From an uncultured Flavobacterium sp. (GTDB lineage: Bacteria; Bacteroidota; Bacteroidia; Flavobacteriales; Flavobacteriaceae): 64,000 nt of DNA. The position numbers and the translations under genes are program-made. Positions 38,462 through 48,008 of the stretch are shown piece after piece. The DNA is taken from the NCBI GenBank assembly GCA_963511725.1, contig CAUPKA010000006.1:7265-71264 (forward strand). Direction: 5' to 3'. The notes beneath the pieces were generated by a model. That model worked only from the letters and a program-made list of their open reading frames with translations, was not told the DNA's origin and did not search any database. Every line of letters begins with the position of its first letter. The stretch's first letter is position 1.

Positions 38462-39934
38462 TTAGGAGTTAATAATTGGGAGGATAACCGTAAAAATGGT
38501 TCCTCTTCCAAATTTAGTTTCAAAGGTAATTGTTCCGTTGTAGTTTTCTATAATGTTTTTTATAATTCCAAGGCCTAAACCCATTCCGCTGTTTTTGGTA
38601 GTGAATTTAGGTTCAAAAATATTGTCAATATGTTCTGGGTCTATCCCTGTTCCGTTGTCTTTTATAGTAATGATAACTTGATTTTTTTCTTTTTTTATAG
38701 CTACCAATATCATTTTGGTTTCCTGATTATCGGGAATGGCCTGCGTGGCATTTTTGACCAAATTTGTGATTATTCGAATGAGCTGTGTTCTGTCAATTTT
38801 TGAAATAATCTCTTTTTCGGAGCATTCAAAAACAATATAATCTTCATGAAAAATATCTAAAGTCAGTTCTATCACTTCTACAACATTCAGTACTTCATTT
38901 TGTTGGGCAGGCATAGAGGCAAAATCGGAAAAAGCAGATGCTACCGAGCTCATCGTGTCAATTTGCTGTATTAACGATTCGGAAAAATCATTTAGTTTTT
39001 GCCTGATATTTGGGTCTTCGGGGTTGAATTTTCGTTGAAAGCTTTGAATCGTAAGGCGCATAGGCGTAAGCGGATTCTTGATTTCGTGAGCCACTTGCTT
39101 AGCCATTTCCCTCCAAGCCAAATCCCGTTCGTTTTGAGCAAGTACAATAGCGTTTCTCTCGAGTTCTTCGGTCATTCTATTGTAGGCGATCAATAGCATG
39201 TTGATTTCTTTAATCTTTGCCGAAAACGGAATTTTCTCATTCTTCTGGTTCAAGCTGGTTTCTCTTAATTTTTCAGCAAAATCATAAATAGGCTTAGTGA
39301 TAAATGAAGACAGTATGTAAGCCAATCCAAAAGCTATTGCAATCATTAATGAATAAACTTGTGCTAACCGAATAAGGAAATTGTTTAACTCTTTTTCGTA
39401 ATAACCGTCATCTGGGATATTGGGTAATTTTAAAATTGCAATGGGTTTGAATTTTTTATTTTTTATAAGACTATAGGATGATCTATATTTGATTCCGTTA
39501 ATGGTTTTCACCTCAAGAAATCTTTTTTCTATCGAGGAATTAACCAGTCGAAGAATGAATTTTGTAACTGTTGGAGAATGTTTTTCTACCGAAAATGATT
39601 CTTTGGATGATTTTATCAGTTTTCCATCTAAAGAATAAATTTGTATTTCGGTATTTTGAATATCTGATATTTCGTGAATTTTATCCTTAAAAATTAGTTT
39701 GATGTTTTCATTTGTTAACGGATAAGTTGTAGTAGAAAGCATGTAATCAATATGCTTTTTTACATACAGTTCCATGTTTTCTATTCGCCTTTGATTGTAT
39801 TTCTTGGCGACATTTTTATACTGAAAGATGGAAATGGTTATGAGTAAAAGAGAGGTAGCAATGATTAGTATAACCATTGAAATGAAGATTCTAAAACGTA
39901 ATGAAATTAACGGAATCTTATATTCTTTAGACAT
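38462..39934 (-). CDS. Sensor histidine kinase (NtrY-like)
   Basis: Two TM segments, HAMP domain, AHEIKNPLTP, N/D/F/G boxes. Confidence 0.92.
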   Translation of the reverse strand: MSKEYKIPLISLRFRIFISMVILIIATSLLLITISIFQYKNVAKKYNQRRIENMELYVKKHIDYMLSTTTYPLTNENIKLIFKDKIHEISDIQNTEIQIYSLDGKLIKSSKESFSVEKHSPTVTKFILRLVNSSIEKRFLEVKTINGIKYRSSYSLIKNKKFKPIAILKLPNIPDDGYYEKELNNFLIRLAQVYSLMIAIAFGLAYILSSFITKPIYDFAEKLRETSLNQKNEKIPFSAKIKEINMLLIAYNRMTEELERNAIVLAQNERDLAWREMAKQVAHEIKNPLTPMRLTIQSFQRKFNPEDPNIRQKLNDFSESLIQQIDTMSSVASAFSDFASMPAQQNEVLNVVEVIELTLDIFHEDYIVFECSEKEIISKIDRTQLIRIITNLVKNATQAIPDNQETKMILVAIKKEKNQVIITIKDNGTGIDPEHIDNIFEPKFTTKNSGMGLGLGIIKNIIENYNGTITFETKFGRGTIFTVILPIINS

Positions 39935-39936
39935 GA

Positions 39937-40491
39937 TTATGAATTGTTTTTCTCCCTAATTTTTTTGTAAAATTTAAAGCCAAGCATTAACAAAGTAGAA
40001 AATAGAATAATTCCAATTACACCGTAAATCCAGTTCACGGCATTTTTTAATACAACCAAAAAAACGACAGCAAATAAAATGATAGTGGCTACTTCATTCC
40101 ATAAGCGCATAAAATTGCTGGTGTATTTGACTTCATCCCTCTGTAGTTGGCTGAAAATTTGCTGGCATTTTAAATGATATAAATATAGCACAAAAACAAA
40201 GCCAAGTTTTACATGCATCCACGGCATTTGTAGCCAAGCATTGCCCATTGGAGTAAAAAACAGCATCCAAAATGCAAAAATACTAGCCAAAACAGCACTT
40301 GGCCAAGTAATTATATACCACAAACGGTAGGACATAATTTTGAATTGTTTTTGTAGAATTTCTTTTTCGGGCGAAGGTTTGTCAGCCGCTTCAATTTGAT
40401 ATACAAATAAACGAACAATATTAAATAATCCTACAAACCAAGTTAGTACGAAGATTATATGCAATGATTTTAGGTAGTTGTAAATTTCCAT
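39937..40491 (-). CDS. hemJ: Protoporphyrinogen IX oxidase HemJ
   Basis: KSLHIIFV, RLFVY, WMHVKL, R..NE motifs; lies in the heme cluster. Confidence 0.88.
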   Translation of the reverse strand: MEIYNYLKSLHIIFVLTWFVGLFNIVRLFVYQIEAADKPSPEKEILQKQFKIMSYRLWYIITWPSAVLASIFAFWMLFFTPMGNAWLQMPWMHVKLGFVFVLYLYHLKCQQIFSQLQRDEVKYTSNFMRLWNEVATIILFAVVFLVVLKNAVNWIYGVIGIILFSTLLMLGFKFYKKIREKNNS

Positions 40492-40530
40492 TAAACTTTT
40501 TTCTATATTCTTGACTCTATTCTCTTTTCT

Positions 40531-41547
40531 CTATTTCTTTGCCCAGTCGTTTATCCAATTCCCGACTGTTTCACACCATTCGTCATCATCATTCAAACAT
40601 GGAATAGCCAAGAAATTTTCGCCTCCTTTTGCTTCAAAATCTTCTTTGGCACGCATCGCAATTTCTTCCAGAGTTTCTAAGCAATCCGAAACAAAAGCCG
40701 GAGTTACAACAGCAAGATTTTTAATTCCTTTTTCGGGCATTTTATCAATTTCGACATCAGTATAAGGCTCTAGCCATTTGTCGCCTGCCAATCTTGACTG
40801 AAAAGTCAGACTGTATTTATCCTCAGGCAGATTTAGCAATTTAACCACTTGTCGAGTTGTTTCGTAACATTGGTGGCGATAGCAAAAATCATGAGCCGGT
40901 GACGGCGTGTTACAACATGAACCATCAATTTTGCAATGAGATTTAGTTATATCAGTTTTGCGGATATGACGCTCCGGAATTCCGTGATATGAAAACAATA
41001 AATGGTCATATTCAAATCCAGATAAATGCTTCTGAATTGAATCTGCTAAGTTTTTAATATAATCAGGTTTGTTGTAAAACGCAGGAACATCCGTGATTTT
41101 CATGTTTGGAAATTTCTTCTTGCGGATTTCTTCGGCTTTGACCAAAATAGTTAAGGTCGAAGCCATAGCATATTGCGGATACAAGGGAAAAAGCAAAACA
41201 TCAGTAACTCCCTTATCGTGCAATTCCTGAAGTCCTTTTTCAATATTCATCGAACCATAACGCATAGATAAAGCGACTGGAACACCTACTAAAGGCTGTA
41301 CTTTTTTATGCATTCTTTCGGAAAGCACAACTAACGGAGAACCCTCTTCCCACCAAATTTTTTGGTAAGCATGAGCTGATTCTTCTGGGCGCTTTCTCAA
41401 AATAATACCGCGAACCAGTAAGGCACGCAACAAATACGGCACGTCAATAACGTATTTGTCCATTAAAAATTCGTCTAAATACGGTTTTACATCTTTTGTC
41501 TGCGGGCTTTCAGGTGAGCCTAAATTTACTAATAATACGCCTTTCAT
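40531..41547 (-). CDS. hemH: Ferrochelatase
   Basis: NLGSP, MRYG, PLYPQY, SYHGIP, FQSR..WL.PY, FVSDCLETLEE. Confidence 0.96.
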   Translation of the reverse strand: MKGVLLVNLGSPESPQTKDVKPYLDEFLMDKYVIDVPYLLRALLVRGIILRKRPEESAHAYQKIWWEEGSPLVVLSERMHKKVQPLVGVPVALSMRYGSMNIEKGLQELHDKGVTDVLLFPLYPQYAMASTLTILVKAEEIRKKKFPNMKITDVPAFYNKPDYIKNLADSIQKHLSGFEYDHLLFSYHGIPERHIRKTDITKSHCKIDGSCCNTPSPAHDFCYRHQCYETTRQVVKLLNLPEDKYSLTFQSRLAGDKWLEPYTDVEIDKMPEKGIKNLAVVTPAFVSDCLETLEEIAMRAKEDFEAKGGENFLAIPCLNDDDEWCETVGNWINDWAKK

Positions 41548-41649
41548 AGATAGGTTTAATTTTTTGCCAAAAGTATAGAAAGCTATTTTCTGGAAATATG
41601 ATAAATGTTATTTTTTTGTTATGTTTTGATATTTAAAAACAATCGCATT

Positions 41650-42522
41650 TTAAACATTGGTATTTATTGACATCAGATATTTTTTGGGCGTGGTGGCAAA
41701 TTTCTTTTTGAATGCCGCTATAAAATGGCTTCCAGTGCTGTAACCAATTTTCAATCCTACTTCATTGACGTTATAGGAACCGCTGTCCAGCAATTGGCGG
41801 GCATAATCCATTTTGTAATCAAAAAGGTAGCCATAAACGGTGTCGCCATAAATCTGCTTGAAACCCATTTTGAGTTTTTTTAACGTCAAACCAATTTCGT
41901 CTGCCAATTCTTGTAATCCAGGCGGTTCAGCCATATTGGCAATGATGATTTCTTTGGCTTTTTTAATTTTGTACACGTTTTCTTCGTCGATCAAAAACGG
42001 GCATTGCTCCGCATTAGGATCTTCAGAACGATTAAAATACAAACTTAACAGTTCATATCCTTTGCCTTTATAATACAAATTCTTGATGGAAGGATTTAAA
42101 TTATAATGAAACAATTGGCTCAAAACAATTGCCATTGAAGGACTAATGTCTCCTTCTTTATAATATTTTTTGTCTTTATTCTCTTCACTCAAAAACGGAA
42201 TATGTCCCGCATCATTAGAAAATAATCGGTGAAATTTTTGAATCGAAATCAAAATGGATATAACCCAAGTATTTGGTGCCAATTCCAAATTGAGCGGTAA
42301 TTCTTTTTGAGGATTGTAGAACAAATACGACTTTTCTTCGTTCAAATCCAAAATGTAGCTTCCTTGGTTAAAATTGAATTTAGCTTTTCCTTTTAATCCA
42401 AAATGAAACTGAATCAAGCCACTACTAACTTCGTGTTTGGCCTGAAAAGTTTCTAAACCATCATTTTGAAAACGAAGTAGGGTAAAATCCTCTTCAATTG
42501 TTATAATATCTTGTGAACTCAT
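41650..42522 (-). CDS. AraC family transcriptional regulator (PchR-like)
   Basis: C-terminal double HTH (KLKMGFKQIYG...VG.KIGYS..SHF..AFKKKF). Confidence 0.9.
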   Translation of the reverse strand: MSSQDIITIEEDFTLLRFQNDGLETFQAKHEVSSGLIQFHFGLKGKAKFNFNQGSYILDLNEEKSYLFYNPQKELPLNLELAPNTWVISILISIQKFHRLFSNDAGHIPFLSEENKDKKYYKEGDISPSMAIVLSQLFHYNLNPSIKNLYYKGKGYELLSLYFNRSEDPNAEQCPFLIDEENVYKIKKAKEIIIANMAEPPGLQELADEIGLTLKKLKMGFKQIYGDTVYGYLFDYKMDYARQLLDSGSYNVNEVGLKIGYSTGSHFIAAFKKKFATTPKKYLMSINTNV

Positions 42523-42564
42523 AACGATATTTTTTAAATAAAAAAATGGTCCTTCTAGAAGTAT

Positions 42565-42589
42565 TTTATTTAGAATCACTCTAAATAAA
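42565..42589. promoter_or_regulatory. Perfect 10-5-10 palindromic operator, candidate iron/heme regulator box
   Basis: tttatttaga-atcac-tctaaataaa between the divergent araC and hemA genes. Confidence 0.6.
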
Positions 42590-42750
42590 TCGAAATCCGG
42601 CCCTTGATAATGCTACAAAAATAACAGTTTTTATTATAAAACAACGATTTAAATTCAAAAAAGCATCCAGCGACACAAAAAGAACTTATAGCGTTACTTT
42701 TATAGAAATGATAGTAATAGTTTTGTAATACTTTATGATAAAGTGAATAT

Positions 42751-44004
42751 ATGGAAAATCATACCGCTTCTAAGCATCTTTATTTTTACTCAATTGGACT
42801 CAGCTACAAAAAAGCCGATGCCGAAATAAGAGGTAAATTTAGTTTAGATACTTTAGCAAAAACCCGTCTGTTAGAACAAGCAAAAACTGAAGGGATTAAG
42901 AGCTTGTTCGTGACTTCGACCTGCAACAGAACCGAAATTTATGGCTATGCCGAACATCCTTTTCAACTAATAAAATTACTTTGCGAAAACAGCAATGGGA
43001 CTGTTGAAGATTTTCAAAAAGTCGCTTATGTTTTCAAAAACCAAGAAGCTATTTCTCATTTATTCCGAGTAGGAACAGGTTTGGACAGCCAAATTCTAGG
43101 CGATTTTGAAATCATCAGCCAAATACGAAATGGTTTTGCCGAAGCAAGAGCAATGGGTTTAGCCAATGCTTTTATGGAAAGATTGGTGAATGCAGTTATT
43201 CAATCCAGCAAGAAAATCAAAAATGAAACCGAAATCAGTTCAGGAGCAACTTCGGTATCCTTTGCGTCGGTTCAATACATTATCAAGAACGTTCCAGATA
43301 TTGGAAACAAAAATATTTTACTTTTTGGAACAGGAAAAATCGGAAGAAATACCTGCGAGAATTTAGTAAAACATACCAAAAACGAACACATCACTTTAAT
43401 CAACAGAACCAAAGACAAAGCAGAGAAATTGGCCGGAAAGTTGAATCTGATTGTTAAGGATTACTCGGAATTGCATATTGAACTGCAAAAAGCTGATGTG
43501 GTAGTTGTGGCTACTGGAGCTCAAAATCCTACTATCGACAAAGCGATTTTGAATTTGAAAAAGCCGATGTTGATTTTGGATTTATCTATTCCAAAAAATG
43601 TCAATGAAAACGTCAAAGACCTTGAAGGTGTTACTTTAATCCACATGGATCATTTGTCTCAGATGACCGACGAGACATTGGAAAACAGAAAAGCCCATAT
43701 CCCCGCAGCAGAGGCTATTATTGAAGAAATAAAGGAGGAATTTATCGCTTGGACCAAATCAAGAAAGTTTGCGCCAACTATCAATGCCTTGAAAGAGAAG
43801 CTAAACACAATTAAAAAATCGGAATTGGATTTTCAAAGCAAAAAAATATCCAACTTCAATGAGGAGCAAGCTGAAATCATCAGCTCGCGAATCATCCAAA
43901 AAATCACGACCCATTTTGCCAATCATCTAAAAAATGAAGACACAATGGTAGATGAGAGCATTGATTGGATCGAAAAAGTTTTTCAAATAGAAACTACAAA
44001 ATAA
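42751..44004 (+). CDS. hemA: Glutamyl-tRNA reductase
   Basis: STCNRTE, GLDSQILGDFEI, GTGKIG, DLSIP. Confidence 0.96.
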   Translation: MENHTASKHLYFYSIGLSYKKADAEIRGKFSLDTLAKTRLLEQAKTEGIKSLFVTSTCNRTEIYGYAEHPFQLIKLLCENSNGTVEDFQKVAYVFKNQEAISHLFRVGTGLDSQILGDFEIISQIRNGFAEARAMGLANAFMERLVNAVIQSSKKIKNETEISSGATSVSFASVQYIIKNVPDIGNKNILLFGTGKIGRNTCENLVKHTKNEHITLINRTKDKAEKLAGKLNLIVKDYSELHIELQKADVVVVATGAQNPTIDKAILNLKKPMLILDLSIPKNVNENVKDLEGVTLIHMDHLSQMTDETLENRKAHIPAAEAIIEEIKEEFIAWTKSRKFAPTINALKEKLNTIKKSELDFQSKKISNFNEEQAEIISSRIIQKITTHFANHLKNEDTMVDESIDWIEKVFQIETTK

Positions 44005-44008
44005 AATG

Positions 44009-44592
44009 GAACCATTAAGAGATTAAGAAAAATTAAGTTTTGTATTTATAAAAGCAACCTTAATTAACTTAATATCTTAATGGTGAAAAAAAATCTTAAG
44101 TGGTAAAAAAAGAAAAAAGTTCTATGACAAAAAAAGAGGTTACTCAATTGGCTTATGAAATTACAGGTTTTGCTATTAAAGTGCATAAAGCATTAGGACC
44201 TGGACTTTTAGAAAGCATTTATGAGCAATGCCTTAAATATGAATTAGAACAAAATGGATACGATGTTAAACAACAATTAGTTGTTAAAATAGATTATTAT
44301 GACCTTGAATTAGAATCTGATTTAAGAATTGATTTACTTGTGAATGATTGCATAGTTGTTGAATTAAAAGCGATAGAAAACCTTTTGCCAATTCACGAAG
44401 CACAATTACTTACGTATATGAAATTATTACAAAGACCTCAAGGTTTATTACTTAATTTTAACACTTTAAACATAACAAAATCAATGAAACCGCTTGTAAA
44501 CGAGTTTTTTTCAAGACTACAAGATTAATTTTCTTTTATCTCTTAAAAAACTTCAGACACAACCTTAATGAACCTTAATATCTTAATGGTTC
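44009..44592. mobile_element. Putative GxxExxY element with 19-bp terminal inverted repeats
   Basis: gaaccattaagagattaag (44009-44027) versus cttaatatcttaatggttc (44574-44592), 18/19 match; extra internal arm at 44056-44090. Confidence 0.55.
44124..44528 (+). CDS. GxxExxY family PD-(D/E)XK nuclease-like protein
   Basis: LGPGLLESIY (GxxExxY), RIDLLV...VELKA, QLLTY, GLLLNF. Confidence 0.92.
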   Translation: MTKKEVTQLAYEITGFAIKVHKALGPGLLESIYEQCLKYELEQNGYDVKQQLVVKIDYYDLELESDLRIDLLVNDCIVVELKAIENLLPIHEAQLLTYMKLLQRPQGLLLNFNTLNITKSMKPLVNEFFSRLQD

Positions 44593-44631
44593 AAAAAAGA
44601 AAAACCAAAATCTTGATTTTAAAAACATAAA

Positions 44632-45558
44632 ATGGCAGAAAAAACAATACGTATTGGAACTCGTGACAGCGAACTCGCATTATGGCAAGCCCACACGGTA
44701 GAAAAGAAACTAAACGATTTTGGCTATAAAACCGAAATCATTGCCGTAAAATCACAAGGCGACATTATTCTTGACAAACCTCTTTACGAGCTTGGTATCA
44801 CAGGGATTTTTACCAAAACATTGGATATCGCCATGATCAATGGTCAGGTGGACATCGCTGTGCATTCCATGAAAGACGTCCCAACCGCTTTACCAATTGG
44901 GATTGTACAGGGTGCAGTTCTCGAAAGAGCCAATACTTTGGACATTTTGGTTCACAAAGGAAACCTGGATTTTTTAGACGGAAAAGGAACCATCGCCACC
45001 GGAAGCTTGCGCCGTCAAGCCCAATGGTGGAACAAATATCCGAACCACAACGTAGTCGATTTGCGCGGAAACGTGAATACGCGTATGCAAAAACTACAAG
45101 AAAACGATTGGAATGGAGCCGTTTTTGCCGCTGCCGGTCTAGAACGCATCAACCTGAAACCCGAAAATTACATCAATCTCAATTGGATGATTCCTGCGCC
45201 TGCGCAAGGAGCAATGGTGGTTGTTGCTATGGCTAATGACGATTTTTGCCGTGATGCCGTTGCGCAATTGAATGACATAGAAACCGAAGTTTGTACACAT
45301 ATCGAAAGACAATTCTTGAAAACTCTCGAAGGTGGCTGTACAGCACCAATCGGCGCTTTGGCAAAATACAACGAAATTGAAGATACAATCCATTTCAGCG
45401 GAGTGTTGTTTTCGATTGACGGTCAACAAAAAATCGAAGTCAACAAAATAGTTCCCATCGAAGAATGGAAAAAGCTGGGTTATAACTCGGCTCAAGAAAT
45501 CTTCGCAAACGGCGGAACTGAATTGATGGCAACGATAAAAGCAACTTTAAAAAAATAA
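44632..45558 (+). CDS. hemC: Hydroxymethylbilane synthase
   Basis: IGTRDSELALWQA, VHSMKD, RGNV.TR, LEGGC. Confidence 0.97.
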   Translation: MAEKTIRIGTRDSELALWQAHTVEKKLNDFGYKTEIIAVKSQGDIILDKPLYELGITGIFTKTLDIAMINGQVDIAVHSMKDVPTALPIGIVQGAVLERANTLDILVHKGNLDFLDGKGTIATGSLRRQAQWWNKYPNHNVVDLRGNVNTRMQKLQENDWNGAVFAAAGLERINLKPENYINLNWMIPAPAQGAMVVVAMANDDFCRDAVAQLNDIETEVCTHIERQFLKTLEGGCTAPIGALAKYNEIEDTIHFSGVLFSIDGQQKIEVNKIVPIEEWKKLGYNSAQEIFANGGTELMATIKATLKK

Positions 45559-45569
45559 GGAGCGAAAGA

Positions 45570-45657
45570 TTGGGCATTTTTGGAAGGATGGGTTCCCGCT
45601 CTCATTCCAAATCCTCGCAAAAAAGCTCGGGATTTTCCCTTCGATCGGGGCTAAAAG
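45570..45657 (+). ncRNA. Flavo-1-like structured repeat element (c), inside the hem operon
   Basis: ttgggcatttt...cccgctctc...[hairpin]...ttcgatcggggctaaaag. Confidence 0.5.
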
Positions 45658-45697
45658 AGAAACAATTAGCTTTTTCAGAATGATTCAAAAACAAAAA

Positions 45698-46360
45698 ATG
45701 AGTAAAACAGTTATATTATCTACCAAAACGCTGTCGGATATGCAGCGAAGCGAACTTCTAAGTGCTGGTTTTGAAGTGTTCGAAGAGGATTTCATTTCGA
45801 CTAAGAAGCAAGAATTCGAACTTAATGCGATCAACGACAATTTGATTTTTACCAGTCAAAATGCGGCACAAAGTGTTTTAGAAAATTCGGATGTTGACAA
45901 TTTGAAAACCAAGAATGTTTTTTGCGTTGGACTAAAAACGAAAATTCTATTATCTGAAGCTGGGTTCAATGTAGTTGCCTACACCGGTTATGCTGCCGAT
46001 TTAGCCGAGATTATCGCTTTGATTTATAGCCAAGAAAGCTATACTTTCTTTAGTGGAAATCTTCGTAAAGAAACACTGCCCAAAGCTTTGAAAGAAGCAG
46101 GCATAAAATTCAATGAGATTCAGGTTTATGAAACGCTATTGACTCCGATAAAGATTAAGGAGAAAATCGATGCAATTTTGTTTTTCAGCCCTTCTGCCGT
46201 TGAAAGTTACTTGAAAGACAATGTTATAAAGAAAGAAACCTGTTTTTGTATTGGAGAAACTACCGCAAGCGCATTAGACAAAATAACAAAAAACATTATC
46301 GTCGCAGATCAACAAAGCATTGAAGACGTGATTGAAGATGTAATAGCAGAATATAATTAG
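45698..46360 (+). CDS. hemD: Uroporphyrinogen-III synthase
   Basis: FTSQNA, VG.KT, YET, FFSPSAV, IG.TTA. Confidence 0.92.
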   Translation: MSKTVILSTKTLSDMQRSELLSAGFEVFEEDFISTKKQEFELNAINDNLIFTSQNAAQSVLENSDVDNLKTKNVFCVGLKTKILLSEAGFNVVAYTGYAADLAEIIALIYSQESYTFFSGNLRKETLPKALKEAGIKFNEIQVYETLLTPIKIKEKIDAILFFSPSAVESYLKDNVIKKETCFCIGETTASALDKITKNIIVADQQSIEDVIEDVIAEYN

Positions 46361-46468
46361 CCCTATAACTGAGGGAAATAAAAGTAAAATAAATAAAAAT
46401 AAATAAAAATAAAAGTTTCTTTTTACGATTGTCAAAATCTGTAATCTGCAAACTGCAAACTGAACACT

Positions 46469-47497
46469 ATGTTAAAGAACGACCTATTTTTAAAAGCTTT
46501 AAAAGGAGAAACAGTACAACGCCCGCCAGTTTGGATGATGCGTCAAGCCGGAAGATATTTGCCGGAATTTAGAGCTTTGCGTGACAAATATGATTTTTTC
46601 ACCCGTTGCGAAACTCCAGAATTAGCCGCTGAAATCACGGTGCAGCCGATTCGTATTATCGGGCCGGATGCAGCGATTTTATTTTCGGATATTTTGGTAG
46701 TGCCAAGAGCAATGGGAATTCACGTAGAATTGAAAGACAATTTGGGACCAATTATTCCAAATCCAATTCGTACGATGGAACAAGTAAATCAGGTTTATGT
46801 TCCAGATGTAAATGAAACTTTAGGTTATGTTTTTGATGCTATCAAATTAACCAAAGAAATGCTTAATGATGAGGTTCCTTTGATTGGTTTTGCAGGTTCG
46901 CCTTGGACAATTTTCTGTTATGCTGTGGAAGGAAAAGGTTCTAAAAGTTTCGACACTGCCAAAGGATTTTGTTTTTCAAACCCAGTTGCAGCACACACTT
47001 TACTGCAAAAAATCACCGATACGACTATTTTATATCTAAAAGAAAAAGTAAAAGCTGGCGTAAATGCCGTTCAGATTTTTGACTCTTGGGGCGGAATGCT
47101 TTCTCCAGTTGATTATCAGGAATTCTCATGGAAATACATCAACCAAATCATAGAAGCTTTAGCTGAAGTTACTCCAGTAATCGTTTTCGGAAAAGGATGC
47201 TGGTTTGCTTTGAATGACATGGGTAAAAGTAAGGCTTCGGCTTTGGGAGTAGATTGGACTTGTTCTCCAAGAAACGCACGTTATTTGTCAGGTGGCAAAG
47301 TTACTTTACAAGGAAATTTTGATCCTTCAAGATTGCTTTCGCCAATTCCGACCATAAAAAAAATGGTTCACGAAATGATCGACGAATTCGGAACTGACAG
47401 ATATATCGCCAATTTAGGTCATGGAATTTTACCAAATATTCCTGTAGATCACGCCAAAGCGTTTGTGGATGCGGTGAAGGAGTATCAGAAAAAATAG
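46469..47497 (+). CDS. hemE: Uroporphyrinogen decarboxylase
   Basis: [29 protein letters not shown]. Confidence 0.97.
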   Translation: MLKNDLFLKALKGETVQRPPVWMMRQAGRYLPEFRALRDKYDFFTRCETPELAAEITVQPIRIIGPDAAILFSDILVVPRAMGIHVELKDNLGPIIPNPIRTMEQVNQVYVPDVNETLGYVFDAIKLTKEMLNDEVPLIGFAGSPWTIFCYAVEGKGSKSFDTAKGFCFSNPVAAHTLLQKITDTTILYLKEKVKAGVNAVQIFDSWGGMLSPVDYQEFSWKYINQIIEALAEVTPVIVFGKGCWFALNDMGKSKASALGVDWTCSPRNARYLSGGKVTLQGNFDPSRLLSPIPTIKKMVHEMIDEFGTDRYIANLGHGILPNIPVDHAKAFVDAVKEYQKK

Positions 47498-47570
47498 TTG
47501 ACGGTTGTTAGTTGATAGTTGTTGGGAAAATCCTTAACGACTGTCAACTAACAACTATCAACCAACAACT
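47496..47570. repeat. Heptamer-periodic inverted repeat
   Basis: agttgacggttgttagttgatagttgttgg ... caactaacaactatcaaccaacaact. Confidence 0.7.
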
Positions 47571-47578
47571 AATAAAAA

Positions 47579-47959
47579 ATGCTAAACAAAGGGGTAAGAG
47601 ACCAAGAAAGTATTCGGATTGACAACGTGATCAAAAAGCTGATGTCATTGGTTTATGTGCCTAAGTTTTGGAATTTAGAAGACCTTCTTTTTTTAGAAAA
47701 TGAATTAAAAGACTTGGCGATGAATGTCGAAAGTCTCAATGAATTTAATGAAGAGGAATTGATTGTCCATTTGCAACGTCTTCATTTAGATTGGAATCAG
47801 TTGGAGTTATTTGCTGATTTTTTGGTCGCTTTTTCCAAAGAAGGTCAGTTTGATTTTTCACTAAAAGCTATTGCAGTTTACAATTATATCCAACAGGAAA
47901 GCAAGACCTTTTCGTTTGGGATTATTAATAAAATAGCTGCTTTGAAAGCGAGTTTATAA
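47579..47959 (+). CDS. Conserved hypothetical protein
   Basis: 126-aa ORF within the operon; no recognisable domain. Confidence 0.65.
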   Translation: MLNKGVRDQESIRIDNVIKKLMSLVYVPKFWNLEDLLFLENELKDLAMNVESLNEFNEEELIVHLQRLHLDWNQLELFADFLVAFSKEGQFDFSLKAIAVYNYIQQESKTFSFGIINKIAALKASL

Positions 47960-48008
47960 GGGTTTAGAAAACACTTATCTATATTTGTAATTAGAATTAC
48001 ACCAAACA

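Noticed and set aside
46378-46411. (AAATAAAAAT)n tract
   Set aside because: Short A-rich intergenic low-complexity sequence with no structure
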